In this document: piece by piece, positions 60,871 through 64,000 of the stretch
Layout of the letters: each line of letters opens with the position of its first letter
Position numbering within the stretch: position 1 is the stretch's first letter
Translations under genes and position numbers: made by a program
Origin: Tubulanus polymorphus
Lineage: Eukaryota > Animalia > Nemertea
Direction of reading: 5' to 3'
Length of the DNA stretch: 64,000 nucleotides
Assembly: GCF_964204645.1 (NCBI RefSeq)
Contig: NC_134031.1
Span: 14,681,807 to 14,745,806, forward strand
Notes under the pieces: generated by a model
The model's database searches: none
Told to the model about the DNA's origin: nothing
The model's input: the letters and a program-made list of their open reading frames with translations, nothing else

Positions 60871-62479
60871 CAGCTACCACTGAGTGAGCGATGAAGCCGA
60901 CTGATTCAGTGTTTGTAGTCTGTGCGCACGCTGTTGAGCCCTGAAGGAGAGACAGAAAATTAGATTGCGTAAAATAGGATGACGACACAATGTTAGCTAC
61001 AATCGGCGCTCAGTCAGTCGATCGCTACAATTGAGTGAATTGATGAATGTGATTGGATTGTGTTATGACGAATCATCCACTCATAGCCACTCACAGGCTC
61101 GGCGGTCATTTACCAGTCACCGTACCTCACCTGCTACTGCCTACTACTAGACCTCACCTGCTGATAGTCTTACACATTAGGCCACGGTCGTTCCCACCGG
61201 GAAACAATTTCAGACATGTCGCCTCTCCATCACGTGCCACAGTCGGATTTGACCTTCAGACAGACAGAATATATAGAGTATCATATTTGAAGAACTAGAT
61301 TATCCCCGGGGTTCGAATTTAATCCGCTTCAGTTACTGGGGGTAACAGTTTATACTATATATAATATACAGATTAATGTGACGTCATCGGCATGTGTGAT
61401 TAAAATCCGATAATCCAATAATCCGATAATCTATGACGGGAATTGATAAATGGTTTATATGTGTTTATGAAAGTGATAAGTCATATATAGTAGCTCCGGA
61501 CCGCACTGTGAGTGGAATGTTACCCCGGACGGCCGCACCTCCGTGAGCGGAGAATGCAACCACCACATTATTGGTGTAACGGAAAATTGCCAATAAACTC
61601 TATACAAACCACGATTGGAGACATGTCAAATTTATTGTACATATTTTGACGGATGAATTTGTATTTCAATGTGTACGCGCCGCAGGGGGGCTGATGGGGA
61701 GCTGCAGTGAGAGGTTTTTAATATCATTCCGATCTCATGTTCAATATACAGACTGTCACAATCTGTTTCATATTCGTTCCATTAATAACTGATCAAAAAC
61801 ATGAATTTCACTCACAAATATATCGAATACTAGAGCTACTGATTCGAGTTGTTGAGTTGAGAAAGGTCGACGCCAAACAACTTGATTCCGATCTTGAGTA
61901 CGGCAGAGAAGAGAGGAAGACTTGGGCAGTAAAATTACCCTCCCAGCTCATTGAAAGAGGTCCGCCCAGATGCCGGCCTTAAAGAAAATCTGAGCAAGAT
62001 TCAATCGTTGGTAACATTTTTCTAGAATATGCACATGCTTACAAACCTATTAGATGTGAGGCCAAATTGTAGGGGAAAAATGAACGTTGCTTCTCCACTG
62101 TCTGGAAAATTGACCCCCCCCCAAGACATGGCCGGCTGCGGGCCTGTAACCGCTGCTATTCACTACGGGGCAAGAAGCCCTTAACGAAGGAAGCACCCTT
62201 AGAAAATCTGATCAATATTGACCAAATGTTATCCGTCGCGATGCGATCAGATGCAATCAGAGTCTAGTGTAATATTGGAAGAGTCAAATAAAACAGTTTT
62301 TTGCTAGAGGAATCTTTTCTGTGGTAGAATAAACAGTAATGTAGCGCGGTGGTGGTCGCGGAGGCTGTGTCGATGTTTGTCTTACTGTATAGTGGAGTAA
62401 ACAGACTGTCTGTAGATTGAATGTGCGTTTTGATTGCTACGAGTCCTTCATCAGACAATATCTGTAAGGAATCTGTGGG

Positions 62480-62487
62480 ACAGAGAG

Positions 62488-62535
<48 letters not shown>

Positions 62536-62582
62536 AGGGAGGGAGGGAGGGAGGGAGGGAGGGAGGGAGGGAGGGAGGGAGG

Positions 62583-62660
<78 letters not shown>

Positions 62661-62705
62661 GGGTGTATGAGAGAGGAGAGAAGGGGAGAGCGGAGAGAGA
62701 GGGGG
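62480..62705. repeat. (GA)n-(GGGA)n-(GA)n microsatellite
   Basis: Read directly. Confidence 0.95.
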
Positions 62706-63144
62706 TGATATAGAAGCTAGAGGCAGACAAAGAAGGTATTGATTTACTCAGATGATCTCTCCCTGGCTCTCCTCTCTCCTCAACTCTCTCTTCCCCTCTC
62801 TCTTCATCTTACTGATCGATTCGATTGATCGATTTGATTGATTGATTGATTGATTGTCAGTGTCCAGTCAGTCAGTTATAATAGCGTCATTTATTTATTT
62901 GCGTCTTGTTTGTGCAGTAGACGGATGAGAGTTATTTGATTCGTGGCGATCAAAGATCAGAATATCAGTATTTTTCTAGTGGTCTCCGCGGACGCTGATT
63001 AATAATGATCGTTTTCCTATAGATCGTGACAACAGCATCTCGCAGGATCAGCAGTACCACTTGATACAGCAACTCAGGAAAATTTCAATTAGACAATGAA
63101 AAAATAGCAGATAAACATTGATAAAACATTTCTAGATTTTATAT

Positions 63145-63735
63145 AGGTACTCCTTAGTTTGTATACAAGTGCCCCTTAGTTCGTATACAAGTGCCCCCTA
63201 GTTTGTTTATAAGTGCCCCCTTGCTTGTATATTGATACCCCCTAATTTGTTTAAAATACCCCGTAGCTTGTATTTAGGTACCCCCTAGTTTGTATATAAG
63301 TATCCCCTAGTCTGTAGCCTATAAGTGCCCCTTGTTTGTATGTTGATACGCCCTAATTTGCTTAAAATACCCCTTACTTTGTATTTAGATACCCCGTTGG
63401 TATGTAAGTATATAAGTATGCCCTAGTTTGTAAATAAGTGCCCCCTTGCCTGCCTTAATTCATTCAAGATACCCCTTAGTTTGTATATATGTACCCCCTA
63501 GTTTGTATATGTTCCCCCTACTTAGTATTCGAGTACCCCCAAGTTTGCATGATAGTACCCCAAGTTTGTATATAAGAACCCCCCCCCCCCCTAGTTCATA
63601 TATAAGTATCCCCTATGTACCACTTATTTTGTGTTTAAGTACCCCAATCGTATATGAAAATACCCCTTAGTTTGTATATAAGTACCCCCTTGTTTATATT
63701 TTTAGTACCCTCTGGTGTGAATATAAGTGCCTCCA
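63145..63735. repeat. ~21-22-bp minisatellite (GTRCCCCTAGTTTGTATATAA)n
   Basis: Many degenerate copies. Confidence 0.88.
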
Positions 63736-64000
63736 GGATTAGTATAGTAAAGTGTTCGGGTGTATTGATGATTTTCCTTTAGAGAATATAAATGTTTTAT
63801 TGATTGCGATAAAAGAAAATACAGACAATCTACAGCTTTTGAAATCATCTTATTCATATTGAAAAAAATGGAATTAATTTTCCCCGTAATTCGGCTACAA
63901 AACTAAACATCAAGATATTCCACCGCAACGAAATTCATAATTAGAAAAAGTGAATGAATGAATAGATTTATTTTCACTTCAATCAAATAACAATTATTAC

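Overview
Eukaryotic (bilaterian animal, probably marine invertebrate) genomic DNA with spliced genes and many repeats; most short ORFs in the track are low-complexity or intronic artefacts. Genes I can support: (1) the 5' part of an Lmx1-type LIM-homeobox gene on the minus strand (LIM1 exon 12469-12661; I found no LIM2 or homeodomain exon in the window); (2) a 323-aa, mostly disordered orphan ORF (19576-20547, +); (3) a gene with 9 coding exons (~501 aa, 26508-38406, +) and two degenerate cyclic-nucleotide-binding domains, behind an RFX X-box-like promoter, with a decayed BEL/Pao LTR retrotransposon (30624-34771, 5-bp TSD) in intron 4; (4) a 150-aa secreted prepropeptide (42711-43163, -) with signal peptide, furin site and (GGRS)9 tail, whose TATA promoter carries a cluster of NF-kB-like sites, the best candidate here for an undescribed immune or secretory effector; (5) a class-A GPCR pseudogene (59052-59711). 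Mobile DNA includes PIF/Harbinger-like MITEs (CWG target) that appear to seed many local minisatellites, Mutator-like long-TIR elements (one carrying a LINE RT fragment), CAG-terminal MITEs with 5-bp TSDs, LINE remnants, and Penelope-like remnants with about nine hammerhead ribozyme motifs, one apparently intact. All calls are by eye, with no database search.
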